NCBI GenBank assembly: GCA_045538875.1
Contig: JAZQEG010000003.1
Location: 19 to 64,018 of the forward strand
DNA: 64,000 bases
Reading direction: 5' to 3'
DNA from: Clostridia bacterium
GTDB taxonomy: Bacteria; Bacillota; Clostridia; UMGS1810
The number at the start of each line of letters is the position of its first letter. Position 1 is the first letter of the stretch. A program made the position numbers and the translations under genes. Under the pieces are notes generated by a model. It was not told where the DNA came from. It did not search any database and saw only the letters and a program-made list of their open reading frames with translations. This document shows, piece by piece, positions 28,222 through 41,986 of this stretch.

Positions 28222-31200
28222 ATGGTACATCCTATAAGGCTTGGCAAAAACGAGCGTATGTGCTACTCAAACACAAAACAAATCGTTGAAATGCCAAACT
28301 TAATTGAGGTGCAAAAAAATTCATATCAATGGTTCATCGACAAGGGGCTCAAAGAGGTACTCAAAGACGTATCTCCAATTCGCGACTTTTCCGGTAACCT
28401 GGAACTTGAATTTTTGGATTATTACTTAGAGGAAGAACCTAAGTATTCAATCGAAGAGTGCAAAAGCAGAGATGCAACATACTCCAAACCGCTCAAAATT
28501 AAAGTAAGACTCCGCAATGTGGAAACTATGGAGGAAAAAGATCAGGAAATTTTTATGGGTGATTTTCCTCTTATGACAGATTCGGGTACCTTTATTATCA
28601 ACGGTGCAGAGCGTGTAATTGTTAGCCAGGTTGTCCGTTCACCGGGTATATACTATGATATGCAGCACGACAAAACAGGTAAGGAATTGCATTTTGCAAC
28701 AGTTATACCTAACCGTGGTGCATGGCTCGAATATGAAACAGATTCAAACGACGTATTTTCTGTTCGTATTGACCGTAACAGAAAAATACCTGTTACAGTT
28801 TTAATCAGAGCTCTTGGCCTTAACACCAATCCTGAAATACTCGAAATGTTTGGATATGATCCAAAAATCAATGTAACTCTTGAAAAGGATCTTACAACCA
28901 ACAGCGAAGAGGCTCTTATCGAAATATACAAAAAGCTCCGTCCGGGCGAACCCCCTACGGCAGAGAGCGCAACAACACTTATAAACAATTTGTTGTTTGA
29001 CTCAAAAAGATATGATATCTCAAAAGTTGGTCGTTTTAAATTTAACAAAAAGCTTATGCTGTCTGACCGAATTAAAAACCACATTTTAGCTAAAGATGTT
29101 GTAGACAGCCAGACAGGCGAAATTTTGGGCAAAGCAGGCGATATGGTTTCAAAAGATATGGCGCACGCAATGGAAGTTGCGGGTGTTAATTCCGTATGGC
29201 TTAAAATAGATGACAAAGAGGTAAAAGTATTTACCAACGATATGGTTGATATTAAAAACTTTATTGATTTTGATATATCCGACCTTGAAATTACAGAATT
29301 GGTTAAATACAGTGTGCTCCGTGAAATTCTTGATTCTACCGAGGACGAGGCAGAAATCAAAAAGCTCCTTAATGAAAAAATGGATGAGCTTGTTCCAAAG
29401 CATATTATTATAGAAGATATTTTTGCGTCAATCAACTATCACTGCAACCTTGAGTATGGTCTTGGCACTACCGATGATATTGACCATCTCGGCAACCGTA
29501 GACTTCGCTGTGTAGGTGAGCTTTTGCAAAATCAGTTCCGCATTGGTCTTGCAAGGCTTGAGCGAGTTGTAAGAGAGCGAATGACAACTCAGGATCCTGC
29601 AACTGTTACACCGCAGCTGCTTATAAACTCAAGACCTGTTGTTTCCGCAATTAAAGAATTTTTTGGTTCTTCACAGCTTTCGCAGTTTATGGATCAAAAC
29701 AATCCATTGGCAGAGCTTACACACAAACGCAGACTTTCAGCTCTTGGCCCTGGCGGTCTCTCCCGTGAGAGAGCAGGCTTTGAGGTTCGAGACGTTCACC
29801 ATTCGCACTACGGCAGAATGTGCCCTATCGAAACTCCTGAAGGTCCAAACATTGGTCTTATCAACTCGCTTGCAACATATGCAAGAGTTAACGAATATGG
29901 CTTTATTGAAGCTGCATACCGCAAGTTTGACAAGAAAAAATGCGTTGCAACCGATGAAATTGAATATATGACAGCTGACATTGAGGACAACTACAAGGTT
30001 GCCCCTGCCAGCGAAAAGCTTGACGAAAATGGCCGCTTTGTAAACGAAAAGGTTATTGTAAGATTCAGAGATGAATTTCTTGAGGTTAAACCCGAAGAGG
30101 TTGACTATGTGGATGTGTCGCCTCAGCAGATTGTGTCTGTAGCTACAGCGCTCATACCATTCCTCGAAAATGATGACGCCGTTAGAGCACTCATGGGCTC
30201 CAACATGCAGCGTCAGGCAGTGCCGCTCCTTAAAACAGAGGCTCCTGTTGTAGGTACAGGTATGGAATACAGAGCCGCAAAAGACTCAGGTGTATGTGTA
30301 CTTGCAAAAGAGGATGGTGTTGTTAAAAAAGCAGCAGCAGACCAGATTGTTATAGTTGAAGACGATGGAACAGAAAGAGTTTATAAACTTACAAAATTCC
30401 TCCGTTCAAATCAGAGTACATGCATTAATCAGACTCCTATCGTTTCAAACGGCGAAAGAGTTAAAAAAGGCGACATCATTGCAGACGGTCCTTCAACCTG
30501 CAACGGTGAGCTTGCTCTTGGTAAAAACATTCTCATTGGCTTTATGACATGGGAAGGTTACAACTACGAGGATGCTGTCCTCATTAATGAAAGACTTGTT
30601 AAAGAAGATGTATTTACTTCTATTCATATTGAAGAATACGAATGTGAAGCAAGAGATACAAAGCTTGGTGCCGAAGAAATCACAAGAGATATTTCAAACC
30701 TTGGTGAAGATGCACTTAAAGACATCGACGAAAGAGGTATTGTACGAATTGGTGCAGAGGTTCGCAGCGGTGACATACTTGTAGGTAAGGTTACACCTAA
30801 GGGCGAAACTGAGCTCAGCGCAGAAGAGAGACTCCTCCGTGCAATATTTGGCGAAAAAGCAAGAGATGTAAGAGATACATCGCTCAGAGTTCCTCATGGT
30901 GAAGCAGGTATTGTTGTAGATGTTAAAATATTTACAAGAGAAAACGGCGATGAGCTCCCACCGGGAGTAAATCAGCTTGTTCGCTGCTATATCGCTCAAA
31001 AGAGAAAAATCTCTGTTGGTGATAAAATGGCGGGTCGTCATGGTAACAAGGGTGTTATTTCACGAATTCTCCCTGAAGAAGATATGCCTTTCCTTGCAGA
31101 TGGTACTCCGCTTCAGATTGTGCTTAACCCACTCGGCGTACCTTCACGTATGAATATCGGTCAGGTGCTCGAGGTGCATCTCGGTTATGCTGCAAAAGCA

Positions 31201-32034
31201 TTGGGCTGGAAAATTGCAACACCTGTATTTGACGGTGCAAACGAAAAAGATATTACCGAGGCTCTTATCGAAGCAGGCTTTAGTGCAGACGGAAAAAGCA
31301 CGCTTTACGACGGCAGAACAGGTATTGCATTTGACTCACCTGTAACTGTTGGTTATATGTACTATCTCAAGCTCCATCACCTTGTTGATGATAAAATTCA
31401 CGCTCGTTCAACAGGTCCATACTCACTTGTTACTCAGCAGCCGCTTGGTGGTAAAGCACAGTTTGGCGGTCAGCGATTTGGTGAAATGGAGGTTTGGGCG
31501 CTTGAGGCATACGGCGCAGCTTACACACTTCAGGAAATACTTACTGTTAAGTCCGACGATGTTGTGGGCAGAGTAAAAACCTACGAAAGCATTGTAAAAG
31601 GCGAAAATGTACCTAAATCAGGTATACCTGAGTCATTTAAGGTTCTTATTAAAGAATTGCAGAGCTTGGGCCTTGATGTTAAGGTGCTTGATGATGACGA
31701 TAACGAAGTTATCATTAAAGAAGAATTTGACGATGATGATACAGATGTTAAAATGGTTAAATACGGCGACTATGAGGAAATGGACATTTCCGATGAGCCG
31801 GCAAACGACCATAAAGACGATGAGAAAGATGATTTACTTGATGAATTTTCATTCTCACCGCTTGATGATGAAGAGCCTGATGAAACAAATTTTGAGCTTC
31901 CGCTCACACTTGACGATATCCACGGAACAGATTTGCTCGATGCAGATGTTGAGTTTGTGGATCTCGACGAAGACCTTGACAGCTTAAGCAGCAATATAGA
32001 TTCATTTGACGACTTAATCGGCGACGATAATTAA
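28222..32034 (+). CDS. rpoB: DNA-directed RNA polymerase beta subunit, with a 114-aa acidic C-terminal tail
   Basis: Start at the ATG after GAGGTGA ([16 protein letters not shown]). Universal beta motifs are present ([29 protein letters not shown]). The tail occupies 31690-32031. Confidence 0.97.
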   Translation: MVHPIRLGKNERMCYSNTKQIVEMPNLIEVQKNSYQWFIDKGLKEVLKDVSPIRDFSGNLELEFLDYYLEEEPKYSIEECKSRDATYSKPLKIKVRLRNVETMEEKDQEIFMGDFPLMTDSGTFIINGAERVIVSQVVRSPGIYYDMQHDKTGKELHFATVIPNRGAWLEYETDSNDVFSVRIDRNRKIPVTVLIRALGLNTNPEILEMFGYDPKINVTLEKDLTTNSEEALIEIYKKLRPGEPPTAESATTLINNLLFDSKRYDISKVGRFKFNKKLMLSDRIKNHILAKDVVDSQTGEILGKAGDMVSKDMAHAMEVAGVNSVWLKIDDKEVKVFTNDMVDIKNFIDFDISDLEITELVKYSVLREILDSTEDEAEIKKLLNEKMDELVPKHIIIEDIFASINYHCNLEYGLGTTDDIDHLGNRRLRCVGELLQNQFRIGLARLERVVRERMTTQDPATVTPQLLINSRPVVSAIKEFFGSSQLSQFMDQNNPLAELTHKRRLSALGPGGLSRERAGFEVRDVHHSHYGRMCPIETPEGPNIGLINSLATYARVNEYGFIEAAYRKFDKKKCVATDEIEYMTADIEDNYKVAPASEKLDENGRFVNEKVIVRFRDEFLEVKPEEVDYVDVSPQQIVSVATALIPFLENDDAVRALMGSNMQRQAVPLLKTEAPVVGTGMEYRAAKDSGVCVLAKEDGVVKKAAADQIVIVEDDGTERVYKLTKFLRSNQSTCINQTPIVSNGERVKKGDIIADGPSTCNGELALGKNILIGFMTWEGYNYEDAVLINERLVKEDVFTSIHIEEYECEARDTKLGAEEITRDISNLGEDALKDIDERGIVRIGAEVRSGDILVGKVTPKGETELSAEERLLRAIFGEKARDVRDTSLRVPHGEAGIVVDVKIFTRENGDELPPGVNQLVRCYIAQKRKISVGDKMAGRHGNKGVISRILPEEDMPFLADGTPLQIVLNPLGVPSRMNIGQVLEVHLGYAAKALGWKIATPVFDGANEKDITEALIEAGFSADGKSTLYDGRTGIAFDSPVTVGYMYYLKLHHLVDDKIHARSTGPYSLVTQQPLGGKAQFGGQRFGEMEVWALEAYGAAYTLQEILTVKSDDVVGRVKTYESIVKGENVPKSGIPESFKVLIKELQSLGLDVKVLDDDDNEVIIKEEFDDDDTDVKMVKYGDYEEMDISDEPANDHKDDEKDDLLDEFSFSPLDDEEPDETNFELPLTLDDIHGTDLLDADVEFVDLDEDLDSLSSNIDSFDDLIGDDN

Positions 32035-32048
32035 AGGAGGGGGATAAA

Positions 32049-35000
32049 ATGTCAGAATTTAATAGTTTTGCATCAATAAAAATTGGTTTGTCCTCTCCTG
32101 AAAAAATCAGAGAGTGGTCATACGGCGAAGTTAAAAAGCCGGAAACAATCAACTACCGCACACTCAAGCCCGAAAGAGACGGACTCTTTTGCGAAAAGAT
32201 TTTTGGACCTACAAAGGACTGGGAGTGCTACTGCGGTAAATACAAACGCAACAGATACAAAGGTATTGTGTGTGACCGATGCGGAGTAGAGGTTACTCGT
32301 GCAAAGGTTCGAAGAGAAAGAATGGGACACATTGAGCTTGCAGCTCCTGTATCACATATCTGGTACTTTAAAGGCATACCATCAAGGCTTGGTCTTATGC
32401 TTGATATGAGCCCAAGAATACTCGAAAAAATATTGTATTTTGCAGCATATGTTGTAACCGATCCGGGTTCATCAGGTCTTGCTTACAAAACCGTGCTTAC
32501 CGAAAAGGAGTACAGAGATAACATCGATAAATATGGTGCAGGTGCTTTTTCGGCTGGTATGGGTGCCGAATCAATTAAAAAACTGCTTACGGATATTGAC
32601 CTTGAGGAGCTTGCAGCAGAACTCAAAACAGAGCTTGATGAATCGCAGGGTCAAAAAAAGGTTCGTATTGCAAAAAGGCTTGAGGTTGTAGAGGCATTTA
32701 GAATGTCAGGCAACAAGCCCGAATGGATGATAATGGATGTAATCCCTGTTATCCCGCCCGAAATCAGACCTATGGTTCAGCTTGACGGCGGCAGATTTGC
32801 CACATCCGACCTTAACGACCTTTACAGAAGAGTTATTAACAGAAACAACCGTCTTAAAAGACTTTTAGAGCTTGAAGCACCCGACATCATTGTACGAAAC
32901 GAAAAAAGAATGCTTCAGGAAGCAGTAGACGCACTTATAGACAACGGTCGCAGAGGCAGAGCTGTTACAGGCCCCGGAAACCGTCCTCTTAAATCCCTTT
33001 CCGATATGCTCAAGGGTAAGCAGGGTCGATTCCGTCAAAACCTCCTTGGTAAGCGTGTTGACTATTCGGGACGTTCAGTTATTGTTGTAGGCCCTGACCT
33101 TAAAATTTATCAGTGCGGTTTGCCAAAAGAAATGGCGCTTGAGCTGTTTAAACCATTTGTAATGCACAAGCTGGTTGAGGATGGCATTTGCCACAATGTT
33201 AAGAGCGCAAAACGCATGGTAGAAAGAGTTAAAACAGAGGTTTGGGACGTACTTGAAGATGTTATCAAAGAGCATCCGGTATTCCTTAACCGTGCTCCTA
33301 CGCTTCATAGGCTTGGTATTCAGGCGTTTGAGCCAATACTTGTAGAGGGCAGAGCTATCAGACTCCACCCGCTTGTATGTACAGCGTTTAACGCCGACTT
33401 TGACGGTGACCAGATGGCTGTTCACGTGCCTCTTTCACCTGAGGCTCAGGCCGAAGCACGCTTCCTTATGCTTTCGGCAAACAACCTGTTAAAACCTCAG
33501 GATGGTAAAACTGTTACTGTTCCTACACAGGATATGGTACTGGGTTCGTACTATCTTACAATACTCAAACCAAAGGAAGTTAAAATTACACATCCTGGTG
33601 ACACAGGCTTTGAGGTTGGAGATGTTGTATGTTATCTTTCTAATCAGGAATTTAACAAAAACAGCAAAAAGGCAATAGCAAACGGACCGTCACTGCTCGA
33701 AATTAACAGACAGCTCGAAGCAGAAGGCAAAAAGCCTGCCAAATTTACCGAAGAGGGTTGCTTTGCAGGTGAAGCGGGCGAAGCAAAATATTTTACAAGC
33801 TTTGACGAGGCTCTTATGGCATACGACAGCGGAGCACTTGGCCTGCATGCACCAATCAAGGTACGCAACACAGTTGAGGTTAACGGTGAAAAGGTAACAG
33901 GCATTATAGACGCAACTGTTGGTAAAATTATATTTAACGAAGACATTCCGCAGGATATAGGACTTGTTGACCGTAGCAAAGACGGTCCGCTCGTTCTTGA
34001 AGTTGGTATGAACTTTGTTGCAGACAAAAAAGGTCTTGGCAAAATATTTGACACCTGTATAAAGGCGCATGGAACACACGGAACTGCAGATGTGCTTGAC
34101 AAAATCAAGGCGCTTGGTTACAAGTTTTCAACAAAAGGTGCTCTTACAATCAGCGTAAACGATATGATTATACCTGATGCAAAAGAGGGAATTCTTGAAA
34201 AAGCGCAGGCAGAAGTTGATAAAATCGGCAAACTTTATAAAAGAGGTCTTGTTACTGAAGAAGAAAGATACACCGAAGTTATCAAAGCATGGAACAAAGC
34301 GGTTGACGATATTTCGGATGCACTTATCGACGGACTTGACCAGTACAATCCTATATATATGATGGCTACATCAGGTGCCCGTGGTAGCAAAGACCAGATT
34401 AAACAGCTTGCAGGTATGCGTGGTCTTATGGCTGATACATCAGGTAAGGCTATCGAAATTCCTATCAAGGCTAACTTCCGTGAGGGTCTTAATGTACTTG
34501 AATACTTTATTTCAACACACGGTGCGCGTAAAGGTCTTCCCGATACAGCACTGCGTACAGCCGACACGGGTTTCTTTACACGTCGATTTGTTGATGTATC
34601 ACAGGATGTTATTATCCGCGAGGTTGATTGCGGAACTGAGGACTTTATTGTTGCAAAAGCAATTACCGATGGCAAGGAAGTTATCGAATCATTTAGAGAC
34701 AGACTTGTTGGCAGAACCTCAAGAGAAGATATCCTTCACCCCGAAACAGGTGAAGTTGTCATCTATGCAGGTCAGCTTATAAGCGAAGAAGATGCAAACA
34801 GAGTTGTTGCTGCAGGTGTAACATCTGCAAAAATACGCAGTATACTCACTTGTCAGGCACGAATTGGTGTTTGTGCAAAATGCTACGGCTCCAACCTTTC
34901 AACAGGCAAGCTTGTTGATGTTGGCGAGGCAGTTGGTATTATTGCTGCACAGTCCATAGGTGAGCCTGGTACACAGCTTACTATGAGAACATTCCATACA

Positions 35001-35786
35001 GGCGGTGTTGCGGGCGATGATATTACTCAGGGTCTCCCCAGAGTTGAAGAATTGTTTGAGGCTCGTAAGCCTAAGGGTGTTGCAATTATTGCCGAGCAGG
35101 CAGGTATTGCTAAAATAGAAGAAACCAAAAAGAAGAGAGAGGTTGTTATTACCGACGCCGACGGCGCAACACACAACTACCTCATTCCATATGGTTCACG
35201 CATTAAAATTGCAGACGGCACTGATGTTGAAAAAGGTCAGGAGCTTACAGAAGGTTCAATTTATCCTCAGGATCTTTTGCGTGTAATGGGCACAATGGAC
35301 GATACAGGCATTAAGGCTGTTATTGACTATCTCATTCAGGAAGTACAGAGAGTTTACAGACTGCAGGGTATCGACATCAATGATAAGCATATTGAGGTTA
35401 TTGTACGCCAGATGATACGCAAAGTTAAGGTTGAGGATCAGGGAAGTACAAATCTTATTGTTGGCTCGGTAATAGACAACGCAGAATTTTATGATGCTTA
35501 CAAAAAAGCCCAGGCAAACGGCAGCGAACTTCCAAAATGCAGCAGAGTTCTTCTTGGTATTACCAAAACTGCTCTTGCAACAGATTCGTTCCTTTCGGCT
35601 GCATCCTTCCAGGAAACAACAAGAGTTCTTACAGATGCTGCCATCAAAGGCAAAAAAGACCCGCTTGTTGGTCTTAAGGAAAATGTTATTATCGGTAAAC
35701 TTATACCTGCAGGTACAGGGCTTTCGACATATCACGATGTTGATGTTGTTACACCAATAATTTCAACTTCCGACAGCACAAACTAA
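32049..35786 (+). CDS. rpoC: DNA-directed RNA polymerase beta-prime subunit
   Basis: 1245 aa. Zn-binding CYCGKY...C.RCG, catalytic [12 protein letters not shown], and trigger-loop and bridge-helix regions. Confidence 0.97.
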   Translation: MSEFNSFASIKIGLSSPEKIREWSYGEVKKPETINYRTLKPERDGLFCEKIFGPTKDWECYCGKYKRNRYKGIVCDRCGVEVTRAKVRRERMGHIELAAPVSHIWYFKGIPSRLGLMLDMSPRILEKILYFAAYVVTDPGSSGLAYKTVLTEKEYRDNIDKYGAGAFSAGMGAESIKKLLTDIDLEELAAELKTELDESQGQKKVRIAKRLEVVEAFRMSGNKPEWMIMDVIPVIPPEIRPMVQLDGGRFATSDLNDLYRRVINRNNRLKRLLELEAPDIIVRNEKRMLQEAVDALIDNGRRGRAVTGPGNRPLKSLSDMLKGKQGRFRQNLLGKRVDYSGRSVIVVGPDLKIYQCGLPKEMALELFKPFVMHKLVEDGICHNVKSAKRMVERVKTEVWDVLEDVIKEHPVFLNRAPTLHRLGIQAFEPILVEGRAIRLHPLVCTAFNADFDGDQMAVHVPLSPEAQAEARFLMLSANNLLKPQDGKTVTVPTQDMVLGSYYLTILKPKEVKITHPGDTGFEVGDVVCYLSNQEFNKNSKKAIANGPSLLEINRQLEAEGKKPAKFTEEGCFAGEAGEAKYFTSFDEALMAYDSGALGLHAPIKVRNTVEVNGEKVTGIIDATVGKIIFNEDIPQDIGLVDRSKDGPLVLEVGMNFVADKKGLGKIFDTCIKAHGTHGTADVLDKIKALGYKFSTKGALTISVNDMIIPDAKEGILEKAQAEVDKIGKLYKRGLVTEEERYTEVIKAWNKAVDDISDALIDGLDQYNPIYMMATSGARGSKDQIKQLAGMRGLMADTSGKAIEIPIKANFREGLNVLEYFISTHGARKGLPDTALRTADTGFFTRRFVDVSQDVIIREVDCGTEDFIVAKAITDGKEVIESFRDRLVGRTSREDILHPETGEVVIYAGQLISEEDANRVVAAGVTSAKIRSILTCQARIGVCAKCYGSNLSTGKLVDVGEAVGIIAAQSIGEPGTQLTMRTFHTGGVAGDDITQGLPRVEELFEARKPKGVAIIAEQAGIAKIEETKKKREVVITDADGATHNYLIPYGSRIKIADGTDVEKGQELTEGSIYPQDLLRVMGTMDDTGIKAVIDYLIQEVQRVYRLQGIDINDKHIEVIVRQMIRKVKVEDQGSTNLIVGSVIDNAEFYDAYKKAQANGSELPKCSRVLLGITKTALATDSFLSAASFQETTRVLTDAAIKGKKDPLVGLKENVIIGKLIPAGTGLSTYHDVDVVTPIISTSDSTN

Positions 35787-35792
35787 ATTAAC

Positions 35793-35830
35793 TAAAGCAG
35801 CAAAGCCTAATTTGCTTTGCTGCTTTTTTT
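35793..35830 (+). terminator. Rho-independent terminator after rpoC
   Basis: 13-bp perfect stem AAAGCAGCAAAGC / GCTTTGCTGCTTT followed by a T-run. Confidence 0.85.
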
Positions 35831-35855
35831 AGTGGCTAAACCAAAACTATAATTT

Positions 35856-35910
35856 TCAGGTGACAGTGGGGGAAGTTCCTTTGCAAAAGGTGCGTCCCCG
35901 TCTGTCACCT
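35856..35910. repeat. GC-rich 55-nt hairpin element with CAGGTGACAG / CTGTCACCTG termini
   Basis: 10-bp terminal stem plus an inner GGGGA/TCCCC pairing. No T-run, so it does not look like a terminator. Confidence 0.6.
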
Positions 35911-36065
35911 GTAAAGTAGCTAAAATGCAGACGACAAATGAAAAAATTACAGTTTGTTAAGTTTTTTGAACGCAGTTTGAGGATTGTAGCATTTCGCTCG
36001 AAATTTATTAAATTTGCTCTTTACAAAATTTATCAAAAGAATATATAATTTGTTTATAAAAATGC

Positions 36066-36094
36066 TTGACAAATAGTAATATTTGTTATATAAT
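36066..36094 (+). promoter_or_regulatory. Consensus sigma-A promoter of the str operon
   Basis: TTGACA, 17-nt spacer, TATAAT: perfect hexamers and optimal spacing. Confidence 0.8.
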
Positions 36095-36192
36095 TTATAG
36101 GTATTATGTTCGGATGGTGGGATATTTGCGCCCTTTTTTGGCGTATTTGTCATTACATCAAAGTGCTTGAACAATACAAAGGAGGACTAAAA

Positions 36193-36441
36193 TTGCTTGA
36201 AGGAGTCACTTCAGACAGTTTGATTGTCGGACTGCGCACAAGTGTAAAAGCTATCGAAAAAGGCGAGGCGTTAAAGGCAATTATTGCAACGGACATTTCG
36301 CCCTCAATTTTTGATGATTTTACAATGCTGTGCATAACAAATGACATCCCATTTGAAACGGTGGAGTCAAAATCTGCTTTGGGTAAGGCATGCCGCATAG
36401 ATGTTGATGCATCGGTTGTGGTAGTTAAAAAGCAGAAGTAA
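36193..36441 (+). CDS. L7Ae/L30e-family RNA-binding protein (YbxF/RplGB-like)
   Basis: 82 aa from a TTG preceded by AAAGGAGGA. Its position between rpoC and rpsL matches Bacillus. Sequence GLRTSVKAIEKGEALKAIIATD...SKSALGKACRIDV fits the family. Confidence 0.8.
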   Translation: MLEGVTSDSLIVGLRTSVKAIEKGEALKAIIATDISPSIFDDFTMLCITNDIPFETVESKSALGKACRIDVDASVVVVKKQK

Positions 36442-36502
36442 TTCGGTTAAAATACTGCAAACAGCAGTTTTTTAATATATTATATGCAGGAGGTGAAATG
36501 AA

Positions 36503-36910
36503 TTGCCTACATTTAACCAGTTAGTCAGAAAAGGAAGACAGTCTTCTGACAAAAAGTCTACAGCACCTGCACTCCAGTTTGGTTTTAACTCTCTTCACAA
36601 GAGAACAACCGACCAGAGCTCACCTCAAAAAAGAGGCGTTTGCACAGCTGTTAAGACTATGACACCTAAAAAGCCTAACTCAGCGCTCAGAAAAATGGCC
36701 AGAGTAAGACTTACAAACGGAATTGAAGTTTCGGCTTATATTCCGGGTATCGGTCACAATCTTCAGGAGCATAGTGTTGTTCTTATCAGAGGAGGAAGAG
36801 TTAAAGACCTCCCTGGTGTAAGATATCACATTATTCGTGGAGCTTTGGACGCATCAGGTGTTGCTAACAGAAAGCAGTCAAGATCAAAATACGGTGCTAA
36901 ATCTAAATAA
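36503..36910 (+). CDS. rpsL: 30S ribosomal protein S12
   Basis: [12 protein letters not shown]...[13 protein letters not shown] start after AGGAGGTGA. Confidence 0.97.
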   Translation: MPTFNQLVRKGRQSSDKKSTAPALQFGFNSLHKRTTDQSSPQKRGVCTAVKTMTPKKPNSALRKMARVRLTNGIEVSAYIPGIGHNLQEHSVVLIRGGRVKDLPGVRYHIIRGALDASGVANRKQSRSKYGAKSK

Positions 36911-37079
36911 TATCGTAAACTGACTGTAAACAAAAAGTAAGCATATCCGGTTTTGTTGGATACTTACTGCAAAAGGTAAGTAGTGCGACAATACGGAATT
37001 AATATATATATTAAATTCTTGTATTTTGCACTGACAAGCACATTAATGCTTGAGTACCTATGAAATCATTATATTATGA

Positions 37080-37565
<486 letters not shown>

Positions 37566-37693
37566 GGGCAAAGGCGGCTGGTGTCGCCTGTGCATAGTTT
37601 TTTGTAAATTTACAAAAAATATCAGTTGCGTGCCTAGTGCCGCATAAATTTTAATAAACTTTTCATTACTACTGAAAGGAGGAAGTTAATTAA

Positions 37694-39793
37694 ATGGCTA
37701 GACAAATTTCTTTACAGAATACCAGAAATATCGGTATTATGGCTCATATCGACGCAGGTAAGACCACTACTACCGAAAGAATATTATATTATACCGGCCG
37801 TATTCATAAAATGGGTGAAACTCACGACGGCGCAGGTACAATGGACTGGATGGCTCAGGAACAGGAGCGCGGTATCACAATCACATCTGCTGCTACCACT
37901 TGTTTCTGGGAAGGTTCTACACCTAACAAATATCCAAAAACAAGAATCAACATCATCGACACACCGGGACACGTTGACTTTACAGTTGAGGTTCAGAGAT
38001 CTCTCAGAGTACTCGACGGCTCTGTAACAGTTATGTGTGCTAAAGGTGGTGTTGAACCGCAGTCAGAAACCGTTTGGAGACAGGCTGATGACTACAAAGT
38101 ACCAAGAATGATATACGTTAACAAAATGGATATCATGGGTGCAGACTTTTATAACGTTGTAAACATGGTACACGAACGTTTGCATGCAAACGGTGTGCCA
38201 ATTCAGCTTCCTATAGGCGCAGAGGATACATTCAGAGGTATCATCGACCTTATTGAAATGAAAGCCGAAGTTTACTATGATGAAATGGGTAAAGACTACA
38301 GACAGGAAGAAATTCCATCTGATATGCTTGACAAAGCTGAAGAGTACAGAGCAGCAATGATTGAAGCAATTGCTGAAACAGACGAGGAACTTATGGAAAA
38401 ATTCTTCAATGAAGAAGAAATTACTCCTCAAGAACTTCGAAAAGCTCTAAGAAAAGCTACAATCAACAACGAAATTGTTCCTATGCTCTGCGGTACATCA
38501 TATCGTAACAAGGGTGTTCAGCTTCTTCTTGATGCTATTGTTGAATATATGCCTGCTCCTACAGATGTAGAAAACATCAAAGGCGTTATCCCTGGCACAG
38601 AACAGGAAGATGAAAGACCTTCAACAGATGATGCTCCGTTTGCAGCTCTTGCATTTAAAATTGCTACAGACCCATTTGTTGGTAAAATTTGCTTTTTCAG
38701 AGTATATTCTGGTTCTATCGAAGCAGGTTCATACGTGCTTAATGCATGCAAAAACAACAAAGAAAGACTTGGCCGTATACTCCAGATGCACTCCAACCAC
38801 AGAGAAGATATTGATGTAGTTTACGCAGGTGATATTGCTGCTGCTGTTGGTCTTAAAAATACAACAACAGGTGATACTCTCTGTGACGAAAAGCATCCTA
38901 TTATTCTTGAATCAATGGAATTCCCAGAGCCTGTTATCCGTGTTGCTATTGAACCAAAAACAAAAGCAGGACAGGAAAAAATGGGTATTGCTCTTGCAAA
39001 ACTTGCAGAAGAAGATCCTACATTTAAAACATACACAGATGAGGAAACAGGCCAGACAATTATTGCAGGTATGGGTGAGCTCCACCTTGAAATTATCGTA
39101 GACAGACTTCTTCGTGAATTTAAGGTTGAGGCAGACGTTGGTGCTCCTCAGGTTTCATACCGTGAAGCAATCAGAAAGGCTGTTGATGTTGACCACAAAT
39201 ACGCACGTCAGTCGGGTGGTAAAGGTCAGTACGGTCATGTTAAAATCAAAATGGAACCGCTCGAGGAAGGCAAAGGTTACGAGTTTGTTAACGCTATTGT
39301 CGGCGGTGCAGTTCCAAAGGAATATATCCCTGCAGTAGACGCAGGTATTCAGGGTGCTATGCAAAATGGTATTTTGGCAGGCTACAATGTTGTTGACGTT
39401 AAAGTTACACTTTACGATGGTTCATACCACGAGGTTGACTCATCCGAAATGGCATTTAAAATTGCTGCTTCTATGGCATTTAAAGATGGTATGGCAAAAG
39501 CAGACCCTGTTATTAAAGAACCTATAATGCTTGTTAATGTAATTGTACCTGATGATTACCTTGGTTTTGTAATTGGTGACCTTTCTTCAAGACGAGGTCT
39601 TGTTAAAAATCAGGAGGTTAGATCAGGCGGCGTTACACAGGTAACTGCAGATGTTCCGCTTTCTGAAATGTTTGGTTACGCTACCGACCTTCGTTCCGGT
39701 ACACAGGGCCGTGGTCAGTACACAATGGAACCTTCACATTACAGCGAAGTTCCTAAAAACATTATGGACACAATTATCAGTTCAAAAAAATAA
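37694..39793 (+). CDS. fusA: Elongation factor G
   Basis: 699 aa. G-domain motifs [17 protein letters not shown] and NKMD. Confidence 0.97.
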   Translation: MARQISLQNTRNIGIMAHIDAGKTTTTERILYYTGRIHKMGETHDGAGTMDWMAQEQERGITITSAATTCFWEGSTPNKYPKTRINIIDTPGHVDFTVEVQRSLRVLDGSVTVMCAKGGVEPQSETVWRQADDYKVPRMIYVNKMDIMGADFYNVVNMVHERLHANGVPIQLPIGAEDTFRGIIDLIEMKAEVYYDEMGKDYRQEEIPSDMLDKAEEYRAAMIEAIAETDEELMEKFFNEEEITPQELRKALRKATINNEIVPMLCGTSYRNKGVQLLLDAIVEYMPAPTDVENIKGVIPGTEQEDERPSTDDAPFAALAFKIATDPFVGKICFFRVYSGSIEAGSYVLNACKNNKERLGRILQMHSNHREDIDVVYAGDIAAAVGLKNTTTGDTLCDEKHPIILESMEFPEPVIRVAIEPKTKAGQEKMGIALAKLAEEDPTFKTYTDEETGQTIIAGMGELHLEIIVDRLLREFKVEADVGAPQVSYREAIRKAVDVDHKYARQSGGKGQYGHVKIKMEPLEEGKGYEFVNAIVGGAVPKEYIPAVDAGIQGAMQNGILAGYNVVDVKVTLYDGSYHEVDSSEMAFKIAASMAFKDGMAKADPVIKEPIMLVNVIVPDDYLGFVIGDLSSRRGLVKNQEVRSGGVTQVTADVPLSEMFGYATDLRSGTQGRGQYTMEPSHYSEVPKNIMDTIISSKK

Positions 39794-39870
39794 TTAATAA
39801 TTATAGTTGATTTTTATTTAAATTTATAGTAAAATTTATTTAATAAGAATTTTTTTAGGAGGAAACAATA

Positions 39871-41073
39871 ATGGCAAAAGCTAAATTTGAAAGAACCAAG
39901 CCACACGTTAACATTGGTACTATCGGCCACGTTGACCATGGTAAAACTACTCTTACCGCTGCTATAACAAAAGTTTTGGCACTTGACGGTAAAGCACAGT
40001 TCGAAGCTTACGATCAGATCGACAAAGCTCCGGAAGAAAGAGAAAGAGGTATTACTATCTCTACAGCTCACGTTGAATACGAAACAGAAGCAAGACACTA
40101 CGCACACGTTGACTGCCCTGGACACGCTGACTATGTTAAAAACATGATCACAGGTGCTGCTCAGATGGATGGTGCTATCCTCGTTGTATCTTCTGCTGAC
40201 GGCCCAATGCCTCAGACAAAAGAACACATCCTTCTTGCTAGACAGGTTGGTGTTCCTTACATTGTAGTATTTATGAACAAAGTTGACCAGGTAGACGACG
40301 AAGAGCTCCTCGAACTCGTTGAAATGGAAATCAGAGATCTTCTCTCTGAATACGACTTCCCAGGTGATGATACACCTATCATTAAAGGTACAGCTCTTGG
40401 TGTACTCGATTGCACATCAACAGATTCTAGCGATCCTGCATACGCTTGTATCCACGAGCTTATGGATGCTGTTGACAGCTACATCCCATCTCCTGAAAGA
40501 GATGAATCACTCCCATTCCTTATGCCTGTAGAAGATGTATTCTCAATTACAGGCCGTGGTACTGTTGCAACAGGTAGAGTTGAAAGAGGTGTTGCACACG
40601 TTGGTGACGAAGTTAAAATTGGTGGTCTTACTGAAGAATCAAGAAAAGTTGTTATCACTGGTCTTGAAATGTTCAGAAAGCTCCTCGATTCTGCTGAAGC
40701 TGGTGACAATGTTGGTGCACTTCTCCGTGGTGTTCAGAGAAATGAAATCGAAAGAGGACAGGTTCTTGCAAAACCAGGTTCAATCAACCCACACACAGTA
40801 TTCAAAGGTCAGGTTTACGTTTTGAGCAAAGACGAAGGTGGCCGTCATACACCATTCTTTAACAACTACAGACCTCAGTTCTTCTTTAGAACAACTGACG
40901 TTACAGGTGTTATCAACCTCCCAGAAGGCGTTGAAATGTGTATGCCTGGCGATAACGTTGAAATGCAGGTTGAACTCATTTCGCCTATCGCTATTGACCA
41001 GGGTCTCAGATTTGCTATCCGTGAAGGCGGCAGAACTGTAGGTTCAGGCGTTGTATCTGAAATTATTAAATAA
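39871..41073 (+). CDS. tuf: Elongation factor Tu
   Basis: 400 aa. [18 protein letters not shown] and NKVD. Confidence 0.98.
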   Translation: MAKAKFERTKPHVNIGTIGHVDHGKTTLTAAITKVLALDGKAQFEAYDQIDKAPEERERGITISTAHVEYETEARHYAHVDCPGHADYVKNMITGAAQMDGAILVVSSADGPMPQTKEHILLARQVGVPYIVVFMNKVDQVDDEELLELVEMEIRDLLSEYDFPGDDTPIIKGTALGVLDCTSTDSSDPAYACIHELMDAVDSYIPSPERDESLPFLMPVEDVFSITGRGTVATGRVERGVAHVGDEVKIGGLTEESRKVVITGLEMFRKLLDSAEAGDNVGALLRGVQRNEIERGQVLAKPGSINPHTVFKGQVYVLSKDEGGRHTPFFNNYRPQFFFRTTDVTGVINLPEGVEMCMPGDNVEMQVELISPIAIDQGLRFAIREGGRTVGSGVVSEIIK

Positions 41074-41101
41074 TTTTGTTTTAAACTAATTACAGTTTAA
41101 T

Positions 41102-41137
41102 TAAGCACTCCGTTTGTTTGCAAACGGAGTGCTTTTT
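41102..41137 (+). terminator. Rho-independent terminator after tuf
   Basis: AAGCACTCCGTTTG-TTTG-CAAACGGAGTGCTT followed by TTTT. Confidence 0.85.
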
Positions 41138-41270
41138 ATTGCTTAATTTTTTTTTGGCTGTAAAAAAGGTTTTGTATTGATTTTAACAGGCAGTTGTGTA
41201 TATAATATTAAAAGGAACACTAAAAATATTTACATAATGTTTGATTGACAAAGGGGACATATATTTTAGT

Positions 41271-41972
41271 ATGCAAAAATCCGTAAGATACACATTTATA
41301 GATGCACTTAGAGGCTTTGCTCTTATAAATATGATACTCTACCACGCCTTGTGGGATGTTAATTATATTTTTGGTGTTAAAATAGCCTGGTATACATCAA
41401 ATATTGGCTATGCGTGGCAGCAGATGATATGCTGCACATTTATTTTTGTTTCGGGGTTGTGCTTCCCGCTTGGAAAGCATAAGCTCAAAAGAGGCTTGAT
41501 TACCCTCATATGTTCTGCTATAATTAGTATAGTAACTGCAGTGTTTATGCCGCAAAACACTATTTTGTTTGGAGTGCTCTCGCTTATAGGAAGCAGCATA
41601 ATTATTACAATACCGCTAAAAAAGCTTTTTAACAAGGTCAATTGCTATATAGGCTTTGTAGCTTTTTTAGTGCTTTTTGTAATTTTAAAAAGTTTTAGGG
41701 AATATCCACGCTGGTTATATGCAAATTTGTTTACGGCATATTTGGGGTTTGCGCCATCAGATTTTACATCTGCGGATTATTTTCCTCTGATACCGTGGAT
41801 ATTTTTGTTTGTGGCAGGGTATTTTGCACACAGTATATTTAAAAAGCATAATCTGATGCCATTACTTACAAAAACAAAATGTAAGCCGCTTGAATGGTTT
41901 GGCCGACATTCACTTGTAGTTTATATGCTGCATCAGCCTGTAATTTATGTATTATTGAGCATTATTTTTTAA
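41271..41972 (+). CDS. DUF1624 / heparan-alpha-glucosaminide N-acetyltransferase-like membrane acyltransferase
   Basis: N-terminus RYTFIDALRGFALINMILYHALWD is typical of DUF1624, and there are multiple TM helices. The start is uncertain: either this ATG or a TTG at 41241. Confidence 0.6.
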   Translation: MQKSVRYTFIDALRGFALINMILYHALWDVNYIFGVKIAWYTSNIGYAWQQMICCTFIFVSGLCFPLGKHKLKRGLITLICSAIISIVTAVFMPQNTILFGVLSLIGSSIIITIPLKKLFNKVNCYIGFVAFLVLFVILKSFREYPRWLYANLFTAYLGFAPSDFTSADYFPLIPWIFLFVAGYFAHSIFKKHNLMPLLTKTKCKPLEWFGRHSLVVYMLHQPVIYVLLSIIF

Positions 41973-41986
41973 TATTTTAGATATTT

